Source of the DNA: a virus
Taxonomy: Duplodnaviria > Caudoviricetes
Direction: 5' to 3' (one strand)
IMG/VR virus record: IMGVR_UViG_3300009031_000221
Coordinates: 416,001-480,000 of that record
Length of the DNA stretch: 64,000 nucleotides
Position 1 is the stretch's first letter; every line of letters starts with the position of its first letter. Shown here piece by piece: positions 36,008 through 44,858 of the stretch. Under the pieces are notes generated by a model, which saw only the letters and a list, made by a program, of their open reading frames with translations, made no database searches and was not told the origin of the DNA. The position numbers were made by a program, and so were the translations under genes.

Positions 36008-36295
36008 ATGTCCATCCCTACTCTTGAAGGCGAAATGTGCTATCAAGCATCCCGCCTTTCGGATGATGGTTTCCGTACTGCATGCGATGCTATGCTGGAT
36101 CTCCTAGCTCCCAGCGCAAATAAAACCCCTTATGTATTTCCATCATTCGATGATTTTAATCGGTGGTGTGTTTGTACTCAGCAACATGTACACGGTTGGC
36201 GTAATAACTTTGACGGGACTTTGACGCCTATGGTCCGTGAAGGTCCAGAACTAACGCCCCTGGATATTCGAGTTCGCTATCCCGTTTCTAGGTAG
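36008..36295 (+). CDS. hypothetical protein
   Basis: Stop abuts element. Confidence 0.55.
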   Translation: MSIPTLEGEMCYQASRLSDDGFRTACDAMLDLLAPSANKTPYVFPSFDDFNRWCVCTQQHVHGWRNNFDGTLTPMVREGPELTPLDIRVRYPVSR

Positions 36296-36296
36296 A

Positions 36297-36323
36297 CTTA
36301 CTTTCATGCTGAGATGCGTAGAA
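36297..36323 (+). promoter_or_regulatory. conserved promoter-like element
   Basis: CTTACTT-N12-GCGTAGAA. Confidence 0.8.
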
Positions 36324-36357
36324 TGCCCTGACGCAGTAACCCCACCTGGAGCTTCCC

Positions 36358-37491
36358 ATGCTATTCGAGAAGAATCTGAATACCTACACCCCTACTCATG
36401 AGGGGGCAATCCCGGACATCCACAAGGCACTTCCGGTCGGCAACTTCATCATCAAAGCCACGATGACGGGATCCTTGTACTTCGAGCAAGTGGATCCCTT
36501 CACCATGCCCCCGAAGATGTACGGGGATACCAAGCAGCGGGCGGAACGTATCCTGAAGACCTTCCATAGCCGTCCTCTGGCTACGGGCGTCCTCCTGAGC
36601 GGGGAGAAGGGTTCCGGTAAGACCCTGTTGGCCAAGTACTTGGCACAAAGCAGCGGTTTGCCCTGCATCCTGGTCAATGCCCCCTTGGCGGGTGACAAGT
36701 TCAACAAGTTGCTTCAGGACGTGGAACAACCCGCAATCGTCCTGTTCGATGAATTCGAGAAGGTCTACGACAACGAGAACGGTGGACAGGACGCAATCCT
36801 CACCCTACTTGATGGCGTGTTCTCTTCCAAGAAGTTGTTCCTGCTGACGTGCAATGATGTGTACGCCATCAATCGGCATATGAAGAATCGTCCCGGACGT
36901 ATCTTCTACGCCATCAACTTCAAGGGCTTGTCGATCGACTTCATCGCCGAGTACTGCCAGGATCGCCTGAACAACAAGGCACACATCGACTTGGTGTGCA
37001 ATCTTGCCATGATGTTCGAGGCTTTCAACTTCGACATGCTGGCAGCACTGGTTGAGGAAATGAACCGGTACGATGAAGGCCCCACGGACGCATTGAAGAT
37101 GCTGAATGTCCTGCCGGATACCTTCTCGGAATACGGCACCTTCCAGGTTCAGTTGCTTGTTGATGGCAACCCTGTGGAGATTACCAACCCGAAGAAGGGG
37201 TTGTTCAACACCAATCCGGCATTCCTGGATCAGTTCTCGATCATCTACAAGAAGCCCAAGTCCCGCAAGAAGGACGAACCTCGGGATGATGACGATGATG
37301 ATTACCCCCGGAACAATGAGATCCGGTTGGTGTTCTTCAAGCGTCACATCAAGCATGTGAACCGGGAAACCGGGGCGTACACGTTCATCAATGATGAGGG
37401 CATCACCGCCATTGTCACCAAGTCGGCATCGGCTGGGGGCATGGGATTCCACAATGCGTTCATGGGCCCGCAGGAAGAGGATGCAGTATGA
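36358..37491 (+). CDS. AAA+ ATPase
   Basis: Walker A GEKGSGKT, Walker B VLFDEFEK, NRPGRIFY arginine finger. Confidence 0.85.
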   Translation: MLFEKNLNTYTPTHEGAIPDIHKALPVGNFIIKATMTGSLYFEQVDPFTMPPKMYGDTKQRAERILKTFHSRPLATGVLLSGEKGSGKTLLAKYLAQSSGLPCILVNAPLAGDKFNKLLQDVEQPAIVLFDEFEKVYDNENGGQDAILTLLDGVFSSKKLFLLTCNDVYAINRHMKNRPGRIFYAINFKGLSIDFIAEYCQDRLNNKAHIDLVCNLAMMFEAFNFDMLAALVEEMNRYDEGPTDALKMLNVLPDTFSEYGTFQVQLLVDGNPVEITNPKKGLFNTNPAFLDQFSIIYKKPKSRKKDEPRDDDDDDYPRNNEIRLVFFKRHIKHVNRETGAYTFINDEGITAIVTKSASAGGMGFHNAFMGPQEEDAV

Positions 37492-37859
37492 AGATTGCCG
37501 TTGACTTCGATGGGACCGTTGTAGAACATCGGTATCCCCTTGTTGGGAAAGATATTCCGCATTGCCAGGATGTCTTGAAGGCACTGGTAGCCAAGGGCCA
37601 TCAACTCATTCTGTTTACCATGCGGAGCGGGGACACCCTTGCAGATGCCGTGAAGTGGTATGCAGATCGGGACATTCCTTTGTACGGGGTAAATACCAGC
37701 CCTGGGCAGGGTGCTTGGACGCAATCGCCCAAGGCATATGCACACATCTACATTGATGATGCTGCCTTGGGTTGCCCTCTCACCCGTCCCTGGAATGATC
37801 GCCCCTTCGTGGATTGGGAACAGGTTGAGTTGCTACTGCAAGCCCAAGGCGTTCTGTAG
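37488..37859 (+). CDS. HAD-superfamily phosphatase (BT0820-like)
   Basis: IAVDFDGT, LILFTMR, YIDD. Confidence 0.8.
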   Translation: MKIAVDFDGTVVEHRYPLVGKDIPHCQDVLKALVAKGHQLILFTMRSGDTLADAVKWYADRDIPLYGVNTSPGQGAWTQSPKAYAHIYIDDAALGCPLTRPWNDRPFVDWEQVELLLQAQGVL

Positions 37860-37861
37860 AG

Positions 37862-37888
37862 CTTACTTCTTGACCTAGCAGCGTAGAT
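37862..37888 (+). promoter_or_regulatory. conserved promoter-like element (drives second ART)
   Basis: CTTACTT-N12-GCGTAGAT. Confidence 0.85.
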
Positions 37889-37925
37889 CGGGTATCCCTC
37901 TAGGCAAAGAGGGCACGACGACGTT

Positions 37926-38831
37926 ATGGGACAAAAGTCACGCATCACCCCGGTAGAACCCCCTACGAAAAATGCAGGGCTTGTACGGAAGAACACCGTG
38001 CGGGCCGATGTGAAGATCAAGCGGGAATTCGATCAACCGTTGAATGTGAAACGGCTCCCGCATCCTACGGGGCCGAAGCTCCAAGGCTACATTTGCGCTG
38101 CGTCCTGGGAAGTCATCACGGATGATGACCAAACCCTTCGGTTCCTCATGTTGGAAGACCAACTGAAGAATACGCAACGGTTGTTCCACGGCACCCCGGC
38201 TGTAAACATCGGGGACATCGTACAAATGGGACTACGCCCTGGTAAATGGGGCATGTTCGGTGCCGGTATCTACACGGGCGGCATCGGCAAGGCTATCAAT
38301 TACGCCCACGGATTTGGGGCACACTACGTTCTTGAGGTCGATGTCATCCTGGGGAAGGTCAAGGAATGCCTTGGTGCGGAGAAATGGGCGTACAAAAGGC
38401 TGCTAGACGCGGGATTCAACTCCGTTGGCGGCTTTGCCAACCTCACATCTTCCTGGGGCGGCAAACTTCGCCACAATGAATACGTTGTCTACGACCGGGA
38501 ACAAGTTCTGATCCAGAAGGTTCACGAGTACCAACGGGATTACTCCATTGCTGCGACCTACCCTACGCAAGGTGCTTGCAATCTGATTGTGGAGAAAGAT
38601 ATCGTCCCCACGAAGGGGCTCCGTACTTTCAAGGATGTCCTGGCCAAGCAGCCCTGTGGCAAGATCGCCTATCGGCGATGCACTACCAAGGTAACTAATA
38701 CTGGCCCGTTCGATTCCATTTGGATTTGCAATAATTGCCTCGAGAAATACAAGATTCGCATTGGTTCCAAGGTTGAGGCACGTTTTGGGACTTATCAATT
38801 GCGGAATCAGATCATCACTATCACGGGCTAG
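37926..38831 (+). CDS. PARP-like (H-Y-E) ADP-ribosyltransferase catalytic-domain protein
   Basis: LFHGT, GMFGAGIY, AINYA, VILGK, HNEYVVYDREQV. Confidence 0.8.
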   Translation: MGQKSRITPVEPPTKNAGLVRKNTVRADVKIKREFDQPLNVKRLPHPTGPKLQGYICAASWEVITDDDQTLRFLMLEDQLKNTQRLFHGTPAVNIGDIVQMGLRPGKWGMFGAGIYTGGIGKAINYAHGFGAHYVLEVDVILGKVKECLGAEKWAYKRLLDAGFNSVGGFANLTSSWGGKLRHNEYVVYDREQVLIQKVHEYQRDYSIAATYPTQGACNLIVEKDIVPTKGLRTFKDVLAKQPCGKIAYRRCTTKVTNTGPFDSIWICNNCLEKYKIRIGSKVEARFGTYQLRNQIITITG

Positions 38832-38832
38832 A

Positions 38833-38859
38833 CTTACTATGTGTTGAGAATGCGTAGAT
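38833..38859 (+). promoter_or_regulatory. conserved promoter-like element
   Basis: CTTACTA-N12-GCGTAGAT. Confidence 0.8.
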
Positions 38860-38893
38860 AGGGCATGACGTAGACCGTCCTAAGGAATCAAAC

Positions 38894-39274
38894 ATGCCCC
38901 GTTTTTCGCACTTGTCTCATCTGTCCTTCGTTGTCCGTCCCGAGATGTATGAGGAAGCCATTCGTGCCGTCAAGGCAGCGCTACCGGGCCTCCGGAATGT
39001 TCGGCACATCGTAGCCTCTGGCCATGTCCGTTGCACCAACGAGCACGTGGATAAGCTGAAGGAAACCCTCCTCCCGTTCGTTATGGCCAACACCATCATG
39101 ATTCAACCCGATACCCGGTTTGAGCCGGATCCCGTGGTAAATCCTGAGGTGGCTGCCGGGGAGAAGCGTCTCGAGGCTGCCTTTGAGAATCTGTTTGGCA
39201 GGATTGAACAGAAGGCAAGTGCCAATATGGCACGCTTCCTTCATGCTGCGGCAGACTTCGTCGAGAAGCTCTAG
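38894..39274 (+). CDS. hypothetical protein
   Basis: AAGGAA RBS after element. Confidence 0.7.
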   Translation: MPRFSHLSHLSFVVRPEMYEEAIRAVKAALPGLRNVRHIVASGHVRCTNEHVDKLKETLLPFVMANTIMIQPDTRFEPDPVVNPEVAAGEKRLEAAFENLFGRIEQKASANMARFLHAAADFVEKL

Positions 39275-40275
39275 TCCTGATGCCCGTCCTGGTACGCATC
39301 CAAGGCATTCACGATGCGGCTAACTAGCGGGTGACGTACAACGTCTTCAGGCCCGAAGCTGAACACCTCGATACCTTCGACCTTGCCAAGGGCGTTGACG
39401 ATGTTGGACAATCCGCTCTGACCCCTCAAGAGGTCAGTTTGCGATGCATCCCCCGTAATAACGCACTTGGAATGTTCACCCATACGGGTCATCAACATGA
39501 CCAGTTGAGTCCAGGTGCAGTTCTGCGCCTCATCAAGCAGAATGAACGCATCATTCAGGGTACGACCCCGCATGAAGGCTAGCGGGGCGATTTCAATCCG
39601 TCCATCCCTACGCATCGCTTCGATGTAGGGCTTGCCTGCTAGAATGTTCAAAGCATCATAGATAGGCTGCAGGTACGGGTCAACCTTGTCCGCGAATGAC
39701 CCGGGCAGAAACCCGAGCTTTTCCCCAGCCTCTACCGCGGGACGGGTGATGATGATCCGTTTTACGTCGTCATGTTCCAAGGCCTTGAGTGCCTGGGCTA
39801 CAGCAATGAAGGTCTTGCCCGTACCAGCAGGGCCAAGTCCAAATACCATGTCATTACTGCGAATCGCATCCATATAATCACGCTGCCGCTGATTCTTCGG
39901 TTGAATCATAACGTGGACTTTCGCCATTGGCGGCGTGACCACGAAGTCCGGCTTCTTCCCCTTGTAAGTGTTGCTGCTTTCACGACGTGCCCTAGCAGGC
40001 TTTGACATAGTGCTCCTTGGTTGATCCCCCTCCGCCTGTTGCTTCATCTTGGTAATCATAGCACGAGCCTCGTTGAACTCCTGGCCGGGATTGCCATGGA
40101 GTAGAACGCGGTAGGCTCGCACCTGAACCTGGATGCCGTACTGACGAAGGGTTTGAATGTTAGACCGTTGTGGCCCGAGAAAACGACGAAAGGACTCAGG
40201 ATCGCGGAACTGAAACACCTGGCAACTTGTACCGCGTGTCATCCCATGTCCCCCATCGATGAGCAAGTAGCTCAT
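39271..40275 (-). CDS. phoH: PhoH-family ATPase
   Basis: GPAGTGKT, TRPAVEAGEKLGFLPG, APLAFMRGRT, DEAQN, GDASQTDL, VVRHPLV. Confidence 0.93.
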   Translation of the reverse strand: MSYLLIDGGHGMTRGTSCQVFQFRDPESFRRFLGPQRSNIQTLRQYGIQVQVRAYRVLLHGNPGQEFNEARAMITKMKQQAEGDQPRSTMSKPARARRESSNTYKGKKPDFVVTPPMAKVHVMIQPKNQRQRDYMDAIRSNDMVFGLGPAGTGKTFIAVAQALKALEHDDVKRIIITRPAVEAGEKLGFLPGSFADKVDPYLQPIYDALNILAGKPYIEAMRRDGRIEIAPLAFMRGRTLNDAFILLDEAQNCTWTQLVMLMTRMGEHSKCVITGDASQTDLLRGQSGLSNIVNALGKVEGIEVFSFGPEDVVRHPLVSRIVNALDAYQDGHQD

Positions 40276-40340
40276 ACACTATGCAACTCTCATAACGCTC
40301 CTATTGGGACTTTTATAGCCCTATCTTGAACATTCGGACA

Positions 40341-40367
40341 CTTACTTTCGGATAGTTCAGCGTAGAT
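40341..40367 (+). promoter_or_regulatory. conserved promoter-like element
   Basis: CTTACTT-N12-GCGTAGAT. Confidence 0.85.
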
Positions 40368-40402
40368 AGATGGTAGGGCGAATGACCCTTAGGAAATCGA
40401 CC

Positions 40403-40753
40403 ATGAGCACCGTTCGTATCACCTTCACCCCGCCCACGGACCTGACCCCCAGGGTCACGATCATCAAGGCTCTCCGGGAGTTCTATGGCCCCACCAAACT
40501 GAACCTCAAGGACGCCAATGACATCATCAAGGCGGGAGTCCACGATTGCGATTCCGGGAACGCCTATGTTGTGTGCAACATCCTCCGGGACAGCACCACC
40601 AACGTCGCTGTCCTGGGCAATCCTCATGATGACCGTACGATGGCCCTGAGCCGCCTCTACACCTCCTACAAGGTGATTGAGGATCGCATGGTCACGAAGT
40701 TCGCCCACAAGATGGCGGATCTTCTCGATTGGATGAATCAACCTTCCAAGTAA
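40403..40753 (+). CDS. protein with ribosomal bL12 C-terminal-domain-like N-half
   Basis: RVTIIKALRE...LNLKDANDII resembles K.AVIK.VR..TGLGLKEAKDLV. Confidence 0.45.
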   Translation: MSTVRITFTPPTDLTPRVTIIKALREFYGPTKLNLKDANDIIKAGVHDCDSGNAYVVCNILRDSTTNVAVLGNPHDDRTMALSRLYTSYKVIEDRMVTKFAHKMADLLDWMNQPSK

Positions 40754-40765
40754 GGAATCAACACC

Positions 40766-41116
40766 ATGGCACCCAAGGCAAAATCATCCAACTCGCCCAA
40801 GATTGCAGGGGAAGTCCATGCCCGCATCTGGAATGCGAGCCAGTCCTGGTTCGATGAGCGCATGTACAAGGTCGTCCTCCTTGGGGTGACCTACACGATC
40901 CGTACGAGGATCCGTCGCAACGCCTACGATGACCAGAGTCATGCCATTGTGGAGGTATTGGACGGGCTGAAGTGGAGCACCCTGTCAAGCCTCGATACGA
41001 GCCTGTGGCCCCTGATGGCACGGACAGTGAAATATGTTGACCGTGATGTCAAGGGCGTTAGCTTTGACTCCCTGGTCGGCATCCTGGTAAATGACGCCTA
41101 CATGATCCTCGGCTAG
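40766..41116 (+). CDS. hypothetical protein
   Basis: AAGGAA RBS. Confidence 0.7.
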   Translation: MAPKAKSSNSPKIAGEVHARIWNASQSWFDERMYKVVLLGVTYTIRTRIRRNAYDDQSHAIVEVLDGLKWSTLSSLDTSLWPLMARTVKYVDRDVKGVSFDSLVGILVNDAYMILG

Positions 41117-41361
41117 GCGACCTTCGTATCCCGCTTCTTATTCTTCTCATCCTGAATAGCATCCTGGAGTCCTGTGACAATGGGTCCAGGTGTGGGGTTA
41201 TCTACTAGACGCAAATCCCCCTGCGGAATGTTATTCTTGCTAAGCACGGTCTTTTCAAGCAGCATCAATAGCCCAACAAAGGCAAGGCTGGCTAGCAGCA
41301 CCAAGCCCGGGGCGAACAATACAATGCTCAGAATCAAGTGCGATGTAAACGACGTATCCAT
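41113..41361 (-). CDS. small membrane protein
   Basis: Long hydrophobic segment; GGAG RBS. Confidence 0.6.
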   Translation of the reverse strand: MDTSFTSHLILSIVLFAPGLVLLASLAFVGLLMLLEKTVLSKNNIPQGDLRLVDNPTPGPIVTGLQDAIQDEKNKKRDTKVA

Positions 41362-41504
41362 GGGGACTCCTTGTGTTAGATGGTAGGATCCTCCCCACCG
41401 TCATGATCACAATGTATCCTCATGCTGTCCCCGCCACCATTGGCGGAAGCTACCATTTCGCATGCAGTCAACCATGCAATTCGGCATGGTATAAATGCAC
41501 CATA

Positions 41505-41550
41505 AACGAAAACGCCCTCCCAGGATGGTCCTTGGGAGGGCGTTTTCGTT
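41505..41550 (-). terminator. intrinsic terminator (possibly bidirectional)
   Basis: Perfect 18-bp inverted repeat AACGAAAACGCCCTCCCA / TGGGAGGGCGTTTTCGTT after the lipoprotein gene. Confidence 0.8.
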
Positions 41551-41568
41551 CATTACGGACAGGTCGGG

Positions 41569-41766
41569 CTACTTCGCGTCAACCGTCACATCCGCAGGCA
41601 CGTCTACTGCCGACACGTCAGCCGCAACGTCAACGGACACGTCCGCATCCGAAGCATCGGCATCCGTGAGAACGTCCGCTGTCGCAGACTTCTCATCCGT
41701 CTTCGAGCAGCCGAGGGTCAAGCCAAGGCACAGTGCCAGGCATAGGGTCGAAAGAATCAACTTCAT
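41569..41766 (-). CDS. small acidic lipoprotein
   Basis: MK signal peptide, LTLGC lipobox, Asp/Ala/Val-rich repeats. Confidence 0.75.
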   Translation of the reverse strand: MKLILSTLCLALCLGLTLGCSKTDEKSATADVLTDADASDADVSVDVAADVSAVDVPADVTVDAK

Positions 41767-41865
41767 GGTTTCCTTTTCTTATTGACCCCTTGGGTATTCG
41801 GGTCGGGTTTTGAAGTCGGCACTATACACCATCGTTGGCGAAAGTACCAGTCCACCGGAGGATCT

Positions 41866-41892
41866 ATCTACGCATACCAGTAGGAAAGTAAG
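41866..41892 (-). promoter_or_regulatory. conserved promoter-like element
   Basis: CTTACTT-N12-GCGTAGAT; a weaker GGTACTT-N12-GTGTATAG lies at about 41822..41848. Confidence 0.75.
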
Positions 41893-41953
41893 TCCCCCAA
41901 GGAAATCTTATCCACAGGGGGCTCAATAGCGACTCCTTTGGGTATTACTCTAT

Positions 41954-42784
41954 GTGCTATTGGAATCGAATGTAGGAGGATGTGTGGCTAGGAAAACTTC
42001 ATCAGCAGCCGTTGCCAGCGTACCGGCAACCCAATATCGTCCCGAGAAGTACCCGAGACTTCGCAACGATTACAAGAAGATTCAGGTAGAACTGAATGGT
42101 TGCTGGACTTGGTTGGGGGGCGATATAGAAATGGGGGTTGCCTATTATATCTATGGCTTGCTGAATGATTCTATTCCAAAGGGTAGCAAGATTCTGTTGG
42201 ATTGTGGCAATGCCAATTGCGTGTGCCCCTTTCATATGCAGGTACAAGTACCTCGTTTTAGTTACGATTTTAGAAAGACTTGGGCATATGTTCCTCCGAT
42301 GGATCCCACAAGGGTTGTCCCCCAAGAACTTCAGAAGCCCAAGCGTGCCCCGGCAACACCTCAGCTAAAAAAGGTTGTCCAACCCCCGCCTCCAAAGCAT
42401 GTTCCGGCACCTATCATCGTGCCCCCGAAGCCCGTTGTCGTGGCCCCGGTCATTCCGCAGCCTATCACCCCTGCGTTGCCTACGTGTCATCGTGGTCATC
42501 CTATGACCCCAGAGAATACGTTGAGCAAGTCCAATCGGGGATGTCGTATTTGCAAGCAGGCACGGGATCGGGAGTTCGCGGCTAATAAGCGTTTCCAGAA
42601 GAACAATCCGGGTCAGCCTTATGTCCCACCTCCCCCGCCGCCTGTTGTAAAGAGTTGTCAACGGGGACATCCTCAGACCACAGCTAACCAGTACGTCTAC
42701 CCTGACGGCCTCAAGAAGGAATGCCTGATCTGCAAGGGTATTCGGGACAAGGCTCGCAAAGAGAAGCTAAAGGCGGCGAGGTAG
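41954..42784 (+). CDS. degenerate HNH-like protein with Pro-rich linker and two C.RGHP Zn modules
   Basis: GCWTW...CGNANCVCPFHM; CHRGHPMTPEN..CRIC; CQRGHPQT..CLIC. Confidence 0.55.
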   Translation: MLLESNVGGCVARKTSSAAVASVPATQYRPEKYPRLRNDYKKIQVELNGCWTWLGGDIEMGVAYYIYGLLNDSIPKGSKILLDCGNANCVCPFHMQVQVPRFSYDFRKTWAYVPPMDPTRVVPQELQKPKRAPATPQLKKVVQPPPPKHVPAPIIVPPKPVVVAPVIPQPITPALPTCHRGHPMTPENTLSKSNRGCRICKQARDREFAANKRFQKNNPGQPYVPPPPPPVVKSCQRGHPQTTANQYVYPDGLKKECLICKGIRDKARKEKLKAAR

Positions 42785-42785
42785 A

Positions 42786-42812
42786 CTTACTTTCGGGCAG
42801 AAGTGCGTAGAT
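42786..42812 (+). promoter_or_regulatory. conserved promoter-like element
   Basis: CTTACTT-N12-GCGTAGAT. Confidence 0.85.
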
Positions 42813-42892
42813 AGGGTGTGGGGTCGGCGAATGATTGACCCCAGTCCCTAGATGCTAGACACGAGGCAGATGACCTCGTACAGGAGTCCTCC

Positions 42893-43714
42893 ATGTCACT
42901 CATTGCCAACGCTTTTGTGTCCGATCCCGCCCTCGCGGCCCCCATCGCCCAGTCCGCGGACTGGCGTTCGGCCACCCTCGACCTGATCACGTTCCTGATT
43001 GGCCGTGGCGATTGCTTCAGCTCTGGCGAGATCGCCACCGCCCTCCGCGTCCACCGCACCGACTTGCGCTTTTCCGTGCCCAACCTGGGCGAGTACGTCC
43101 GTGACCTGTTCTACGGTGGTTCGATGCCGCAGTACAAGGAAGACGACGGTACCGGCCAGTTGGACTCGGTTTCGGTCTCCATGAGCCCCCGCACCACGCA
43201 GGGCCTCTACCCGGATCGCACCCCCGAGGGTGTCCAGGTGTTCGTCTACGGCCCGTCGCAGGGTGCGTGTGATTCGCACGAGTTCGAGGTCTTCATCCCG
43301 AACCCCTCCGCGGGTGAGACGATGGCTTCGGCTCCGGTTCCGGCCACGCCGACCAGCGTCAAGGTTCCCAAGGGTGGCGGCGTGTTCATCGGCGGCGCCC
43401 AGACGCCCCTGACGAACATCCAGGGCAAGGTGTGGCCCGATGGGCGCCTCAGCATCCCCCGCAGCGCCTTCGAGGCCTGCGTTCACATGAACGGCACCTC
43501 CATGCGTGGCGGTGACCCGGTCTACGTGAAGTGCTCCGCCACGGAAGCGGTTGTCACCCTGACGGATGACGGTACGGGCAACGCGAAGTCCTACGACCTC
43601 ACCCGCGACAATGGCCGCATCGCCTTCAAGGCGCCGGCGGGTCTCGCCGCCTTCGTGCCCGGCGATACCTACGACCTGGTGGTCACGGCCGGCAAGATCA
43701 CCGTCGCCCTCTAG
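42893..43714 (+). CDS. putative DNA-binding protein (wHTH-like N-term, AbrB/MraZ-like C-term repeats)
   Basis: FSSGEIATALR; DGRLSIPRS and DNGRIAF; extreme codon bias. Confidence 0.45.
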   Translation: MSLIANAFVSDPALAAPIAQSADWRSATLDLITFLIGRGDCFSSGEIATALRVHRTDLRFSVPNLGEYVRDLFYGGSMPQYKEDDGTGQLDSVSVSMSPRTTQGLYPDRTPEGVQVFVYGPSQGACDSHEFEVFIPNPSAGETMASAPVPATPTSVKVPKGGGVFIGGAQTPLTNIQGKVWPDGRLSIPRSAFEACVHMNGTSMRGGDPVYVKCSATEAVVTLTDDGTGNAKSYDLTRDNGRIAFKAPAGLAAFVPGDTYDLVVTAGKITVAL

Positions 43715-43750
43715 GGACGGTAGACCAAGTTGGGTGGGAAGTGCCCCGAA

Positions 43751-43787
43751 CGCCCGCCTCCTCGGTAATATACTGAGGAGGCGGGCG
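43751..43787 (+). terminator. strong GC-rich hairpin after 42893..43714
   Basis: CGCCCGCCTCCTCGG / CTGAGGAGGCGGGCG 15-bp stem; weak U-tract. Confidence 0.6.
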
Positions 43788-43815
43788 TCATCGTTTCTAG
43801 CCTCAGGAATATCCC

Positions 43816-44211
43816 ATGGATTTTGTCTCCGGAACCAAGGAAGTGATTACCCCTGAATCCATCAGGGCTGCCATCCGAGAAGTGTTCCCTGGGGCTAATG
43901 TCGAACTCATAGGATTCACTGGCGGCACGGTTATCCATACCCGAATATGGCAATTCACCATGGATATTACCCTGACCACCAACCCCATCGTCTACAGCGA
44001 GAAGGCGGGTGAAGTGCGTATGGTCCTTCAGTGGAAATCCCCCGATGGGAAACCTGTCACCATCAACAGCTTCGCAGGACGAGTCCTCGAGCAACATGGT
44101 GCCATCCGTGCATTCGTCATATCTACCAGGGCGTATCTTGATGGCATCATCGCGGCTATCACCATGGCGGAAGAAGACCCACCTCCGGAACCCGAAGCGA
44201 ACCTTGTATGA
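43816..44211 (+). CDS. hypothetical protein
   Basis: AGGAA RBS. Confidence 0.65.
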   Translation: MDFVSGTKEVITPESIRAAIREVFPGANVELIGFTGGTVIHTRIWQFTMDITLTTNPIVYSEKAGEVRMVLQWKSPDGKPVTINSFAGRVLEQHGAIRAFVISTRAYLDGIIAAITMAEEDPPPEPEANLV

Positions 44212-44858
44212 ATATCCTTTTTCTTGATTTCGATGGCGTGCTAAATAGGGATCGAACATGGCGTGCCATGAACAAGGATCCCGACCTACAGCATGACCCC
44301 ATTAATCACCTGGATGCCGAACTTTGCTCCCGTGTCCAAGAAGCCTGCGATGGTGCTGGGATTGATGCTATCGTCCTGTCCACTTCATGGCGGAAACGGT
44401 TTGCTCTCGATGAAATCAAGGCATGGCTTGCAGCTAAAGGCCTGACGATTCCAATCATCGGCAGGACACCATTCATCCATGCTCGTCCAGAATTCTGCCA
44501 GAAGATGTCCGATTATGACCCCATGTGGTCACAGATTGGTAGGGGCATGGAGATTCAATGGTGGCTCAGGCGCTATCGTCCAGATGATGCCTGGAGGGAA
44601 GATCACATCGTCATCCTTGACGATGAACGCACAATGGGTAGCCTGAACCCCTGGCTCATTCGTTGCCATCCCAAGTATGGATTCCTGCCATCTCAATATG
44701 CACAGTTCGCAAAGACCCTGGAAAAGCCTCTGACCAAACTCGAATGGGTTCATGATGCCCTGCGGTGCCATGCACTCGAGCACAGGCCTCCGCTTGGCCC
44801 TATTACAATCGAGATCAACCCTGTGATGAATGCTACCGGCAGGACTTCTTCGGATTAG
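44208..44858 (+). CDS. HAD phosphatase, Swiss-Army-Knife RNA-repair type
   Basis: ILFLDFDGVLN, IVLSTSWR, GRTP, RG.EI..WL, VILDD. Confidence 0.8.
   Translation: MNILFLDFDGVLNRDRTWRAMNKDPDLQHDPINHLDAELCSRVQEACDGAGIDAIVLSTSWRKRFALDEIKAWLAAKGLTIPIIGRTPFIHARPEFCQKMSDYDPMWSQIGRGMEIQWWLRRYRPDDAWREDHIVILDDERTMGSLNPWLIRCHPKYGFLPSQYAQFAKTLEKPLTKLEWVHDALRCHALEHRPPLGPITIEINPVMNATGRTSSD

Noticed and set aside
41908-41916. Perfect DnaA box TTATCCACA
   Set aside because: Single copy; about 0.5 expected by chance in 128 kb of both strands; no cluster or AT-rich unwinding region
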